Source: Candidatus Poribacteria bacterium (GTDB taxonomy: Bacteria > Poribacteria > WGA-4E > GCA-2687025). Taken from it: DNA of 64,000 nt. This document shows positions 20,962 through 30,941 of this stretch, in pieces. The stretch lies in contig OY762492.1 of NCBI GenBank assembly GCA_963665845.2, positions 1,152,001 through 1,216,000 on the forward strand, read 5' to 3'. The translations under genes were made by a program, and so were the position numbers. Under the pieces are notes generated by a model. The model searched no databases and was not told the origin of the DNA. It saw only the letters and a list, made by a program, of their open reading frames with translations. Within the stretch, counting starts at the first letter, position 1; each line of letters opens with the position of its first letter.

Positions 20962-21834
20962 TTGAAGGACATTGAATATGCCGCGCCTCGGTCTCTTGAC
21001 GAAGCGGCGGCGATCCTGAATGAACGCGGCGACCGCGCCAAGCCGCTTGCCGGGGGGACCGACATCATCGTTCAGGTGAGAGAAGCGCGCCGCGGCATCG
21101 ACATACTCGTTGACGTCAAAAAAATACCTGAACTTGCCGCGATTCATTTCGACCGCGGCGAGGGGCTGACGCTCGGCGCCGCCGTCCCGTGTTACCAGAT
21201 CTACAACAACGCGGAGGTCGCGCAGGCGTATCCAGGGCTGATCGACGCGGCGACGCTGATCGGATCCGCGCAGATACAGGGGCGCGCCAGCGTCGGCGGC
21301 AACCTGTGCAACGCCTCGCCCGCCGCGGACACGGTCTGCCCGCTGATTGTTCATAGCGCCGTCTGCAGCATATACGGACCGGACGGCTCCCGTACCGTTC
21401 CGGTTGAGGAGTTCTGCTCCGCGCCCGGTCAGACCGTCTTGAAACAGGGGGAGTTTCTGGTTGCTGTGACGCTTCCGCCGCCGAAACCGAACGCCGCCGG
21501 ACGCTATCTGCGTTTTATTCCGCGCAACGAGATGGACATCGCTGTCGCGGGAGCCGCCGCTTATGTGGAGCTGGAGAACGGGCGGATCGGTTCGGCGCGC
21601 GTTGCGTTGGCTGCGGTGGCGCCGACTCCGCTTTATGTCGCTGAAATCGGCGAACGGCTGGCGGGTCGAGAGATCACAGACGAGGCGCTGCGGGAAGCCG
21701 GCGAGACCGCCCGCGCCGCCGCAAGACCCATCGACGATATGCGCGGAACCGCTGAACATCGTAAAGAGCTGTGCGCCGTTTTGACGCGGCGCGCGTTGAA
21801 AGGCGCCATCGAACGAGCGCAGGAGAATGCATAA
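20962..21834 (+). CDS. Xanthine dehydrogenase/CoxM-like FAD-binding subunit
   Basis: AGGTD, ASVGGNLCNASPAAD and DDMRGT motifs; TTG start after GGAGG. Confidence 0.92.
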   Translation: MKDIEYAAPRSLDEAAAILNERGDRAKPLAGGTDIIVQVREARRGIDILVDVKKIPELAAIHFDRGEGLTLGAAVPCYQIYNNAEVAQAYPGLIDAATLIGSAQIQGRASVGGNLCNASPAADTVCPLIVHSAVCSIYGPDGSRTVPVEEFCSAPGQTVLKQGEFLVAVTLPPPKPNAAGRYLRFIPRNEMDIAVAGAAAYVELENGRIGSARVALAAVAPTPLYVAEIGERLAGREITDEALREAGETARAAARPIDDMRGTAEHRKELCAVLTRRALKGAIERAQENA

Positions 21835-22326
21835 ATGGCTGAAAAAAGACGCGTACAATTCATCGTGAACGGCGACAAAGCGGAGGTCTACTGCGCCCCG
21901 CGGGAAAGCCTGCTGGAAGCGCTGCGCGACCATCTCTACCTCACCGGAACGAAAGAAGGGTGCAACAACGGAAACTGCGGCGCATGCACCGTCCAGCTGA
22001 ACGACCGCATCATCGACTCATGCTTGGTTCTCGCCGTCGAATGCGACGGGGACGAAGTGTTGACCGTTGAAGGTCTCGCCGACGAGAACGGGCTTCACCC
22101 TGTCCAGCAGGCGTTTTTGGAACATGCGGCGCTCCAGTGCGGCGTCTGCACGCCCGGCTTCCTTGTCGCATCGAAGGCGCTACTGGACGCGAACCCGAAT
22201 CCGACCGAGCATGAATTGCGTTACTTTTTAGCTGGCAACCTGTGCAGATGCACCGGATACGATAAGATTGTCCGCGCTGTCATGGCGGCGGCGCAAACCA
22301 TGCAGGAGAACAATCATGGCGGCTGA
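21835..22326 (+). CDS. CoxS-like 2x[2Fe-2S] subunit
   Basis: GCNNGNCGACTV, QCGVCTPG and NLCRCTGY motifs. Confidence 0.95.
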   Translation: MAEKRRVQFIVNGDKAEVYCAPRESLLEALRDHLYLTGTKEGCNNGNCGACTVQLNDRIIDSCLVLAVECDGDEVLTVEGLADENGLHPVQQAFLEHAALQCGVCTPGFLVASKALLDANPNPTEHELRYFLAGNLCRCTGYDKIVRAVMAAAQTMQENNHGG

Positions 22327-24577
22327 TAAAAAATACCGCGTCGTCGGCACGCGCCCCATTCGCCACGACGGCGTCGACAAAGTAACCGGCGAAGCGCGGT
22401 ACGGAGCCGACATCCATCTTCCCGGTATGCTCCACGGCAAAGCGCTGCGAAGCCCGCATGCCCACGCGCGCATACTCAAAATCGACACCAGCAGGGCGGA
22501 GGCGCACCCTGATGTCAAAGCGGTCATCACGGGAGTCGATCTGCCGCAGGTTGCCGACAAGGTTCAAGACCTCGGCGAAATGGTCGTCAACCTGAAAGAC
22601 GAAAGCAACCGCGTTTTGGCGACCGGGAAGGTTCTTTATGAAGGGCATCCGGTCGCCGCCCTTGCCGCGACCGATCCGCATACGGCTGAAGAAGCGCTGC
22701 AACTGATCGACGTTGAGTACGAGCCGCTTCCGCCGGTCTTAGACGTCCGAAAAGCGCTGGAGCCGGACGCGCCGCTGCTCAATCCGCGGCAGCGCGGCGA
22801 CGACGGCAATCCGAGCAACCTTGCCCGCCATTTTCGGCATGAGCGCGGCAACATTGAACGCGGTTTTGCCGAAGCGGATACGGTGATCGAACGCGAATTT
22901 ATCACCTCCATGATCCATCAAGGCTACATCGAACTTCAAAACGGAACCGCGCATATCACGCCGGACGGACGGCTCACCATCTGGTGCAGTTCGCAGGGCG
23001 CGTTCAGCATACGGGATCAGGTCGCCAACATCTGCAAGATTCCGCTTTCGATGATCAAGGTGGTGCCGATGGAGATTGGCGGCGGTTTTGGCGGAAAGAC
23101 GGGCGTTTACCTGGAGCCGCTGGCGGCGATTCTCGCCCAAAAATCGCGCAAGCCGGTCAAAATGACGATGACGCGCGCCGAGGTGTTGACGGCGACCGGT
23201 CCCACCTCCGGCTCCTACATCACATGCAAAATGGGCGTGAAAGAGGACGGAACGCTCACCGCCGCCCATGTGGAGCTGTTTTATGAAGCGGGCGCCTTCC
23301 CTGGTTCGCCTGTCGGCGCCGCGTCCGGGACATGCCTCGCGCCGTTCAAGCTGGACAATGTGCGCATCGACGGGTACGACATTTTGGTGAACAAGCCCAG
23401 AACGGGGGCGTACCGCGCCCCTGGCGCCACGAACGCCGCCTTCGCTACAGAGGGCGTCGTCAGCGAGCTGGCTGAAGCGATCGGAATGGACCCTCTTGAG
23501 CTGCGCGCAAAGAATTCTGTTCAACAGGGAGACCGGCGCGCCGACGGACCCATGTTTGCGAAAATCGGTCATGTCGAAACGCTGGACGCGACCGCCATGT
23601 CGCCCCACTGGAACGAACCGCTGGAGCCGAGCGCGGATCCCGCCAAAAAACGGGGGCGGGGAATCGCCAGCGGGTTCTGGTTCAACGGCGCCGGCGCCGC
23701 GACCGCGTCCATCTCCGTCTACGCCGACGGCACGGTCAGCCTCATTGAAGGCTCGGCGGACATCGGCGGACACCGCGCCTCATGCGCCATGATCGCCGCC
23801 GAAGTACTCGGACTGAACGCCGAAGATGTGAAGCCGCAGGTCGGCGACACGGACAGCATCGGCTACACCAGCGTCACGGGCGGAAGCAGCGCGACGCACA
23901 AAACAGGATGGGCGACGCACGAAGCCGCCTTGAAAGTGAAAGCGGAGGTCGTCAACCGCGCCGCCAAAATGCTGGAGGTCGATCCCGATGAGATCGAGTA
24001 CCATGAGGACGCGACGATCAGCGCCGCCTCCAAGCCGGACGCGAAACTGACCTTCGCGCAGGTTGCCGCGCGGGCAAACTCCACCGGCGGACCGATCGTC
24101 GGAGAAGCGGGGCTGTCAACCGGCGGCGCCGGCAACGCCTTCGGAACGACCATCGTCGACGTGGAGGTGGATGTGGAAACGGGCAAGGTGGACATCCTGC
24201 GCTGCACAATGGTTCAGGATGTCGGCAAGGCGATTCATCCGAGTTATGTTGAAGGGCAGATGCAGGGCGGCGCCGTCCAAGGCATCGGGTGGGCGTTGAG
24301 CGAAGAGTATGTGTACGGCGAGGACGGGCGGATGCTGAACGCGAGCCTGCTGGACTACCGCATGCCGACGATGCTGGACACGCCGCTCATTGAGACGATC
24401 ATGGTGGAGGTTGCCAACCCCGCCCATCCATACGGGGTGCGCGGCGTCGGGGAGGTGCCGATTGTGCCGCCGGTCGCCGCCATCGCCGAGGCGATCTACA
24501 ACGCGACGGGCGTTCGGATGTATCAAGCGCCGATGAACCCCGCCTATGTGTTGAGCCGCATACAGGGCAAGGCGTGA
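22316..24577 (+). CDS. Molybdopterin-binding large subunit of a xanthine oxidase-family Mo-hydroxylase
   Basis: GGGFGGK, active-site loop AYRAPG, GQMQGG and RGVGE motifs. Confidence 0.93.
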   Translation: MAADKKYRVVGTRPIRHDGVDKVTGEARYGADIHLPGMLHGKALRSPHAHARILKIDTSRAEAHPDVKAVITGVDLPQVADKVQDLGEMVVNLKDESNRVLATGKVLYEGHPVAALAATDPHTAEEALQLIDVEYEPLPPVLDVRKALEPDAPLLNPRQRGDDGNPSNLARHFRHERGNIERGFAEADTVIEREFITSMIHQGYIELQNGTAHITPDGRLTIWCSSQGAFSIRDQVANICKIPLSMIKVVPMEIGGGFGGKTGVYLEPLAAILAQKSRKPVKMTMTRAEVLTATGPTSGSYITCKMGVKEDGTLTAAHVELFYEAGAFPGSPVGAASGTCLAPFKLDNVRIDGYDILVNKPRTGAYRAPGATNAAFATEGVVSELAEAIGMDPLELRAKNSVQQGDRRADGPMFAKIGHVETLDATAMSPHWNEPLEPSADPAKKRGRGIASGFWFNGAGAATASISVYADGTVSLIEGSADIGGHRASCAMIAAEVLGLNAEDVKPQVGDTDSIGYTSVTGGSSATHKTGWATHEAALKVKAEVVNRAAKMLEVDPDEIEYHEDATISAASKPDAKLTFAQVAARANSTGGPIVGEAGLSTGGAGNAFGTTIVDVEVDVETGKVDILRCTMVQDVGKAIHPSYVEGQMQGGAVQGIGWALSEEYVYGEDGRMLNASLLDYRMPTMLDTPLIETIMVEVANPAHPYGVRGVGEVPIVPPVAAIAEAIYNATGVRMYQAPMNPAYVLSRIQGKA

Positions 24578-24592
24578 AATCAAGCCGCGTCT

Positions 24593-24920
24593 CTGACCTC
24601 ATAAGGCGCCGCCAACCAATCCGTCATTCCCGCTTTCTCCCCTCGTCATTCCCGCGCAAGCGGGAATCTAGAGGAGTCGCGGAAGACGTCCGCGTTCCCA
24701 TGCCCAATGAATCGGAAAAAAGCCTCGTCAACCGGATCGTCATTCCCGTGTAAGCGGGAATCTAGAGGAGTCGCGGAAGACGTCCGCGTTCCCATGCCGA
24801 ATGAATCGGAAAAAAGCCTCGTCAACCGGATCGTCATTCCCGCGCAAGCGGGAATCTAGAGGCGCCGCAGAAACCGTCCGCGTCGCCCGCCGGAATGTCC
24901 CAACGAAAGAGTAAGGTCAG
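24593..24920. mobile_element. Family-A-related element with an internal 94-bp tandem repeat (two full units and one partial)
   Basis: CTGACCTC...GGTCAG ends; units start at 24644, 24738 and 24832, each with ATTCCC-N8-GGGAAT. Confidence 0.8.
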
Positions 24921-24931
24921 CGCGGAGACGG

Positions 24932-24960
24932 TTGACATTGCCGGCTAGTTTTTGTATCAT
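24932..24960 (+). promoter_or_regulatory. Sigma70-like promoter
   Basis: TTGACA-17 bp-TATCAT. Confidence 0.7.
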
Positions 24961-24986
24961 AGGGCGGCAGTCTTTGGAGAGACATC

Positions 24987-25760
24987 ATGCAGCGACGAAC
25001 ACGGATCGGCATTGGGGCATGCATGGCGGTTGCCGCGTTATGCTGGGCTGGATGCGGCGCGCTCAACAAGCAGCTGCTGGATTATGCGACCGTTGACGCC
25101 GGCGCGACCATCAAAGCGATCGGCTCCAGCGGCGACCGATCAGCCGCATCGCTCATCAACGGAGTCAAGGATTCGTCCAAATGGAGCGAGGGGGAAGGCT
25201 GGGAATACACATGGCGGCGGGGCGGAAACGAGCGCGCTGGATCAAACCGGAATCAGGGCGGAGTTATCGAAACCGCTATCCGTAAAGGCAGCCCATGGGT
25301 CATTATTAAATTTAACAAGCCCCGGCGCATCAATCAGATTGTCATTCATGAGGCAAACGCGCCGGGCGCGCCCGCGGTCGGCATCGAAAACGCTTTCCTG
25401 CAAGTGCGCGACATGGACGACGACCTTCGTCCTTGGAAGACGGTTGGGATGGTTAAAAGCGGCTGGGGGCTGATACCCGGTCGGCAGCCGTTTAAGATGA
25501 AACAGGTCTCAAAGTTTCTTTTCAACACGGTGAAAACGGACCAGGTGCGCGTCGTCATCAACACGATGGCGGAGAAAAAGCGGGCGCAGGCGGAGAACTC
25601 TCAAAACGATCGTCGAAGGACGGAGAAGGCGATCGTCATGACAGTGCGCCTGATGGAAATCGAAGTGAAAGGCTCTGAAGCGGACATGTCAAGCGGCGAA
25701 TCCAGCGCTGAAGCGTCCAGCGGCGGCAAGGAGAAGAGCGCGGTGAAGGAGTCGATGTAG
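24987..25760 (+). CDS. Lipoprotein with a possible discoidin/galactose-binding-like domain
   Basis: Signal peptide with WAGC lipobox; W-x-I-I-x-F...INQIVIH...VRLMEIEV pattern. Confidence 0.6.
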   Translation: MQRRTRIGIGACMAVAALCWAGCGALNKQLLDYATVDAGATIKAIGSSGDRSAASLINGVKDSSKWSEGEGWEYTWRRGGNERAGSNRNQGGVIETAIRKGSPWVIIKFNKPRRINQIVIHEANAPGAPAVGIENAFLQVRDMDDDLRPWKTVGMVKSGWGLIPGRQPFKMKQVSKFLFNTVKTDQVRVVINTMAEKKRAQAENSQNDRRRTEKAIVMTVRLMEIEVKGSEADMSSGESSAEASSGGKEKSAVKESM

Positions 25761-25799
25761 TCCGAGCGCATTCGACGGAACGTTCGCTCACTTGTTCGG

Positions 25800-25964
25800 C
25801 AGTACGCCCATGCGATGATAGTCGTTTTTTAATCCTAAAGCGTCCGCGCCGCCGGTCGTTCCCCGCTTCCGCGAGGACATGCATTCCCGTGAAAACGGGA
25901 ATCTTAGGCGTCGCAGACGCCGCGCATATCGCGTCTCTGATCAACATCATCGTATGAGCATAAT
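25800..25964. mobile_element. MITE family B copy
   Basis: cagtacgcccatgcgatga ... tcatcgtatgagcata ends; internal ATTCCC-N8-GGGAAT. Confidence 0.65.
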
Positions 25965-25979
25965 ACCACTTGTTCATGC

Positions 25980-26146
25980 CTGACCTCACGTTTTAAGTTG
26001 GGACATGTCGGCATGCGAACGCGGACGTCATCCCCGATGCCTCTGGATTCCCGCTTACGCGGGAATGACGGTCTGGTGGGCGACGCTTTTCCCCATGAAT
26101 AAAGCGGTCATTCGTTCAAATGCCCTAACTTTACGCATTAGGTCTG
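25980..26146. mobile_element. MITE family A copy
   Basis: CTGACCTCACGTTTTAAGTTGGGACAT ... degenerate right TIR. Confidence 0.85.
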
Positions 26147-26172
26147 GCGCAAAGCAGATTCCGCGCCATCGA

Positions 26173-27306
26173 CTACGACTCAATCCACGGAAGCCCGCTT
26201 TTTTTCGTCATATAAAACAGGCGCGTCGGTACCGATCGGTCGTCCCGCAAGGCGGCGATCTCGTCCATCGTTTGAAAAATAGAGACAGGGTCCGGCAGCC
26301 GATTCAACGCGCTCTTGACCATCGGAGCGCGGAACTTCGGCTCGCCGCTCGCGCGAACGACCAGCGCCTCCGCGACCGCCGGCTGACGCCACATCTCCAA
26401 CAGATAATTCGGCAGCTGAATGTTTGACCAGTCAAGCGGATCGCGCAGCTCCCTTTCGAGTATGCCGTCTGAAACGGAGCTGAGCGGCGACTCCAGTATC
26501 TCAAAATAGAGAGCTTGATTGGGCGCGTTGTCGAAGAGAACAATCGCGTCATGCGCCCATTCGAGATTCCAGCTTGTTTTACGAAACTGAATGCCGTAGC
26601 CGCGCTCAAGAGCCATGCCCGTCAGTTCGACAGACAGCTCCTCTCCGACTTCCCAGTCTTGAGAGTTCAGGCGCAGGCAGACCGCCAAGACGACCCCATC
26701 CGCGCCTCCCTGGAAAGCTGGGCGCGACGATAGAAAGATGCTCTTTTGACGCTCCTCTTCAAGCGGCTCCTGTATCGGCGGAAAGGCGGCGGGCGGCGGG
26801 GGCTTCGGCTCTCCGCTTTTTTTATCAACCAGGTAGGCGGTCGTCGGGACCGACATCCATGCCCGCCTGGCGACGATGTCTTCCAGCGCCTGATAGATGG
26901 AGATTGGGCGCGGAAACGGCTCCAGCGCGTCCCGCGCTCTTCCGACCTCGCCGCTGACGCGAACAAAGAGGATCGCTTCGATCCATGGAGTAGCCCAAAC
27001 TTCCAGCAGAAACGACGGGAAGTTCATCTTTTCCCACTCAAAAGGATCCTGCATCTCTTCCGTGAACACATCGTGGGCGATGATGTCCGGCGGCGAGGAA
27101 AGTACTTCAAAAAGCAGCGTCCTAGACGGACCGCCCATCCGCTCAACGGCGACTTGAGGCGCCTCGATATTCCAGCTGACCGCCCCGAACTGCATCCCGT
27201 ACCCGTATCGAATCGCCGACTTGGACAGGTCTATGGACAGCTGCCGCCGCGCGCTCTCATCAATGCCGTCAGCCAGCGCCGCCGCCGCAAAAAATGTCAA
27301 ACTCAT
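26173..27306 (-). CDS. Hypothetical protein made of two homologous ~140-aa domains
   Basis: GYG(M/I)QF..SWN(I/L)E...(L/Y)FE(V/I)L.SP...DP..W...LLE(V/M)W...VR.SGE...SI(Y/F)Q occurs twice, joined by a Pro-rich linker. Confidence 0.7.
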   Translation of the reverse strand: MSLTFFAAAALADGIDESARRQLSIDLSKSAIRYGYGMQFGAVSWNIEAPQVAVERMGGPSRTLLFEVLSSPPDIIAHDVFTEEMQDPFEWEKMNFPSFLLEVWATPWIEAILFVRVSGEVGRARDALEPFPRPISIYQALEDIVARRAWMSVPTTAYLVDKKSGEPKPPPPAAFPPIQEPLEEERQKSIFLSSRPAFQGGADGVVLAVCLRLNSQDWEVGEELSVELTGMALERGYGIQFRKTSWNLEWAHDAIVLFDNAPNQALYFEILESPLSSVSDGILERELRDPLDWSNIQLPNYLLEMWRQPAVAEALVVRASGEPKFRAPMVKSALNRLPDPVSIFQTMDEIAALRDDRSVPTRLFYMTKKSGLPWIES

Positions 27307-27356
27307 ACGCCGTCTTCCCTATAGGTTCCGCGCTGCGTATGCCGCCCCCCGCAGAT

Positions 27357-30300
27357 CTAGGGAGTCTCTTCGGCGGCGGAGAGCGGTATCGACAAGATCT
27401 TTGAAACGCCCGCTTTTTCCATCGTGACGCCGTACAGGATGTCCGCTTTTTCCATCGTCCGGTTGTTGTGCGTGATGACGATAAACTGCGTCGTTTTGGC
27501 GTAATCTTGAATCAGGTTTGTGAAACGCAGCACATTCGCCTCGTCCAGCGCCGCGTCCACCTCGTCCAGCACGCAGAACGGCGACGGGCGCAGCTTGAAG
27601 ACGGCAAACAGCAGCGCGATCGCCACCAACGACCGCTCCCCGCCCGACAGCGCCGCGATGCTCTCCGGGCGCTTGCCCGGCGGCGACGCCATGATCTCCA
27701 CCCCCGACTCCAGCGGATTCGAAGGGTCGGTCAGCCGCAGCTCCGTCTCTCCGCCGCCGAACAGCTGCGCAAACACCTCCTGATAATTCGCGCGAATCAG
27801 CTCAAACGACTCGGCAAACCGCTTCTGGGACGCCGCGTCAATCTTGCGTATGGAGGAACGTATCGAATCGCGCGCCTTTGTGAGATCGTCCCGCTGATCA
27901 AGGAGCTGGTCAAGGCGCCCGCGGTGATCCTCATACTCTTCTGCCGCCATTTCGTTGACGCGCCCCATGCGTTCAATCTCGGCGGCGATGCGTTTCGCCT
28001 CTTCAGCCGCTTCGGCGTCGTTTTCCGGCGCCTCTTCGTTCGGCTGAAGGTCGTCCACCGAAACGCGGTATTTTTCTTGAATGCGCTCTGCAGTTTTGGC
28101 GGCGCTCTCTCGCAGACGCGCCATCGTTACGTCATGCTCGTACCGCACCGTTTTGGCGCGTTCCAGTTCGCCTTCCAGACGCCGCATCGTTTTCTGCCGT
28201 TTGACGCCTTCCGTTTCCAGTTCGACCCGTTTCTCGTCAAGCTGATCCGCTTCCTGCTCATGCTCCATCCGCTTGCTTTCCAAGATCAGAAAGCTGCGCT
28301 GCGCCTTGTCAAGAGACGCCTCCAGCTCCGCCATCGCCGCGTCATGGTCTTCGGCGGCGCGTTCGCTGTCGGCAATCTGCCGGCGGGCGTCCTCTTGGCG
28401 GTTTTTCAGCGCCTCCATTTCGCCTTCAAACCCGTCCAGTTTTCCCTGCCGCGCGGCAAGGTCCACCTTCAGGGCGGAAACAGCCTCTTGAAGTTCGGCG
28501 CGGCTCTGCGAATCGGCGGCGCGCTGCTCCTTCAGGTTGGAGGCGCGCCGTTGGAGCGTCTTCAGCTCTTTCTCTTTTTCCGCCAGCTTCGCTTCGTTCT
28601 CTTCTCGGCTTTGCGCAATCGATTCGGCGTCTTCCTCAAGATTCTCGCGCGTGTCCCGTTCGATCTCCAGCTCATCCTCAAGGTCTTTTTTACGGGCGGC
28701 GGTCTGCTCAATCTCTTTTTCAAGCGACGCATTTTCAACGGCGGCGTTCTGCAGCGCCTCTTGCAATTCGGCGCGCTCTTTTTTCATCCGCTCTATGCTC
28801 GGTTCCAGTTTGGCGCGCTGACGTTCTTTTTCCTGTAAAGAGCCGCTCAACTGCCCGATCTTCGTCTTCAACGCTTCCAGTTCTCTCGGCCGCTGAAGCA
28901 GCCCCCCGCCTGTGCGCCGCCGCTCCCGTCCGCCGCTGATGGCGCCGCCGGAATAAACCAGCTCCCCCTCCAAGGTCGCCAGCCGAAAGCGGGTACGTTC
29001 CCGCCGAGAAAGATGAATCGCGTCGTCCAGCGTCTCCATGACAATGACGCCGCCGAGCAGGTTTTCAACCGCCGGCCAGTAACGCGCGTCGGTCTGAATC
29101 AGATCGGGCGCCCATCCGACAACGCCCGGATAACGCAGCAGATGCCCGTCCTTCCGATAGCGCGAGTAAAGGATGTCCAGCGGGAGAAAGGTGGCGCGCC
29201 CGGCGCGATGCTGGCGCAAAAACTGAATGGCGCGTTTGGCGTCTTCAGCCGTTTCCATGATCACATTCTGCGCGGCGGAACCTAAAGCGGCTTCGATGGC
29301 GCGCTCGTACTCCTCATCGCATGAGATCAGCTCGGCGACGACGCCGCAGACGCCGGGAAGCGTTTCAGGGCTTTCCCGCCCGACCCGCGCCACAGCTGTG
29401 ACGCCCTGATAATAGCCTTGATAGGAAGATGCAAGGTTCTCTAAGGCGCGCGCCGACGCGGCCGATTCTGCCAGCTGTTTCTGAAAACCGCGCCGCTCCA
29501 GCTCCGCCTTCCGCAGATCCGATTCGGCAACGCGGATCTGTTCATCCAGCGCCGTCAACTTCGCGGCGTTCACCGCTCCATCGGCGGACAGGTTTTTCGA
29601 CTTGTCCTGAAGCGTCTCCAAGGCGGCGCGGGTCTCTTTCAACGACGCCTCAATGCGGGCGATGCGCTCCTCTAGGTTGGTGTGGCGCGCCGCGGAATTT
29701 TCCGCCCTGCCGGAGATGGAGCTCAACGAATTTTCTAGAGCCATCCGCTCCCTGTCGATGTCGACGATTCGGCGCTCCAGATCCTCAATCACGCGGGTGG
29801 AGTCCGCAATCTGCTTGTCCAACGTTTCCAGCGCGCGGGTTCTGCCCTTCAGGCGCCCCTTGTCGGTCTGCAGTTCGATTTCTGCCTGCTCGCGTCCGCG
29901 CTCTTTTTCGGCGATCTGCTCGCTGATCAGTTTCACCTGACCGCGCAGCGTCTCGATGCGCTCGGCGGCGCCGTCCCGGTCGTCCATGAGCGTCTGCTGC
30001 CGATCTTTTTGATAACCGATGTCGCCTTCAACGCGCGCAATCTCCACCTCAATCTTCTGAACATGCCCGCGCGCCGTTTGCGCCTTGGACGCTAATTGTT
30101 CCCGTTGACGCGCCTCTTCCTCTTCAATGGAGCCGAGACGCTCCAGCTCGCGCGACGATGTTTTGATCGTCAAATCCGCCTTCTCATACGCCTCTTCGGC
30201 GGCGGTCAAGCGCGCTTGCGCCGCCATCCAGCGCCGACGCGCCAGCTCAATTTCAAGGATGCGCAAAACCTCCTTGCGCTCGCGCAGAGCCAGCGCGCTC

Positions 30301-30929
30301 TCCGCTTGACGGCGCAGAGCCTCCGTGCGGCTTTCCAGCTCGGCGATCATCGCGTTGATGCTCACCAGATTCTGATCGGCGCTCTCCAGCTTCTTCAGCG
30401 CCTCTTTTTTCTGATACTTATATTTTGTGATGCCGGCGACCTCGTCAAAAAAGGAGCGGCGGTCTTCGGGGCGCGTCGTCAACAGGCGGTCAATGTTGCC
30501 CTGCTCCATGAGAGAGTAGGCGTTCCGCCCGATGCCGGTGTCCATAAACAGCTCGTAGATGTCCTGCCGTTTGCAGACGACGCCGTTCAGCATATAGGTA
30601 CTTTCGCCGCTGCGGCGCAGCCGGCGGGTCACCGTCACCATCGGCGAGTCGATGGGCAGGCTTCGTTCTTCGTTGGAGAACAGGATGGACACTTCGGCGG
30701 CGTTGGCGGGTTTATGGCTGGAGCCGCCGTTGAAGAGCGCGTCCTGCATCTTGGCGCAGCGAAGCGAGCGGGCGCTGCGTTCGCCCAAAGCCCAGCGGAT
30801 CGCGTCGGAGATGTTGCTTTTGCCGCACCCGTTCGGTCCGACAATGACGTTGATTCCGCCGCCGGTTTCAATAGACGCCGGCTCGGCAAAGCTTTTGAAA
30901 CCGCGCAATTTTACAGACTTCAAACGCAT
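27357..30929 (-). CDS. smc: Chromosome partition protein Smc
   Basis: GPNGCGKSN, hinge GRATFLPL, LSGGE and LDEVDAALD motifs; long coiled coils. Confidence 0.97.
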   Translation of the reverse strand: MRLKSVKLRGFKSFAEPASIETGGGINVIVGPNGCGKSNISDAIRWALGERSARSLRCAKMQDALFNGGSSHKPANAAEVSILFSNEERSLPIDSPMVTVTRRLRRSGESTYMLNGVVCKRQDIYELFMDTGIGRNAYSLMEQGNIDRLLTTRPEDRRSFFDEVAGITKYKYQKKEALKKLESADQNLVSINAMIAELESRTEALRRQAESALALRERKEVLRILEIELARRRWMAAQARLTAAEEAYEKADLTIKTSSRELERLGSIEEEEARQREQLASKAQTARGHVQKIEVEIARVEGDIGYQKDRQQTLMDDRDGAAERIETLRGQVKLISEQIAEKERGREQAEIELQTDKGRLKGRTRALETLDKQIADSTRVIEDLERRIVDIDRERMALENSLSSISGRAENSAARHTNLEERIARIEASLKETRAALETLQDKSKNLSADGAVNAAKLTALDEQIRVAESDLRKAELERRGFQKQLAESAASARALENLASSYQGYYQGVTAVARVGRESPETLPGVCGVVAELISCDEEYERAIEAALGSAAQNVIMETAEDAKRAIQFLRQHRAGRATFLPLDILYSRYRKDGHLLRYPGVVGWAPDLIQTDARYWPAVENLLGGVIVMETLDDAIHLSRRERTRFRLATLEGELVYSGGAISGGRERRRTGGGLLQRPRELEALKTKIGQLSGSLQEKERQRAKLEPSIERMKKERAELQEALQNAAVENASLEKEIEQTAARKKDLEDELEIERDTRENLEEDAESIAQSREENEAKLAEKEKELKTLQRRASNLKEQRAADSQSRAELQEAVSALKVDLAARQGKLDGFEGEMEALKNRQEDARRQIADSERAAEDHDAAMAELEASLDKAQRSFLILESKRMEHEQEADQLDEKRVELETEGVKRQKTMRRLEGELERAKTVRYEHDVTMARLRESAAKTAERIQEKYRVSVDDLQPNEEAPENDAEAAEEAKRIAAEIERMGRVNEMAAEEYEDHRGRLDQLLDQRDDLTKARDSIRSSIRKIDAASQKRFAESFELIRANYQEVFAQLFGGGETELRLTDPSNPLESGVEIMASPPGKRPESIAALSGGERSLVAIALLFAVFKLRPSPFCVLDEVDAALDEANVLRFTNLIQDYAKTTQFIVITHNNRTMEKADILYGVTMEKAGVSKILSIPLSAAEETP

Positions 30930-30941
30930 CTAAGCGCATCC

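Noticed and set aside
22316-24577. Aerobic CO dehydrogenase
   Set aside because: It lacks the AYxCSFR motif and has no coxDEF accessory genes.
24644-24870. Possible CRISPR array
   Set aside because: The intervening sequences are near-identical rather than unique spacers, the repeat belongs to a dispersed MITE family, and there are no cas genes.
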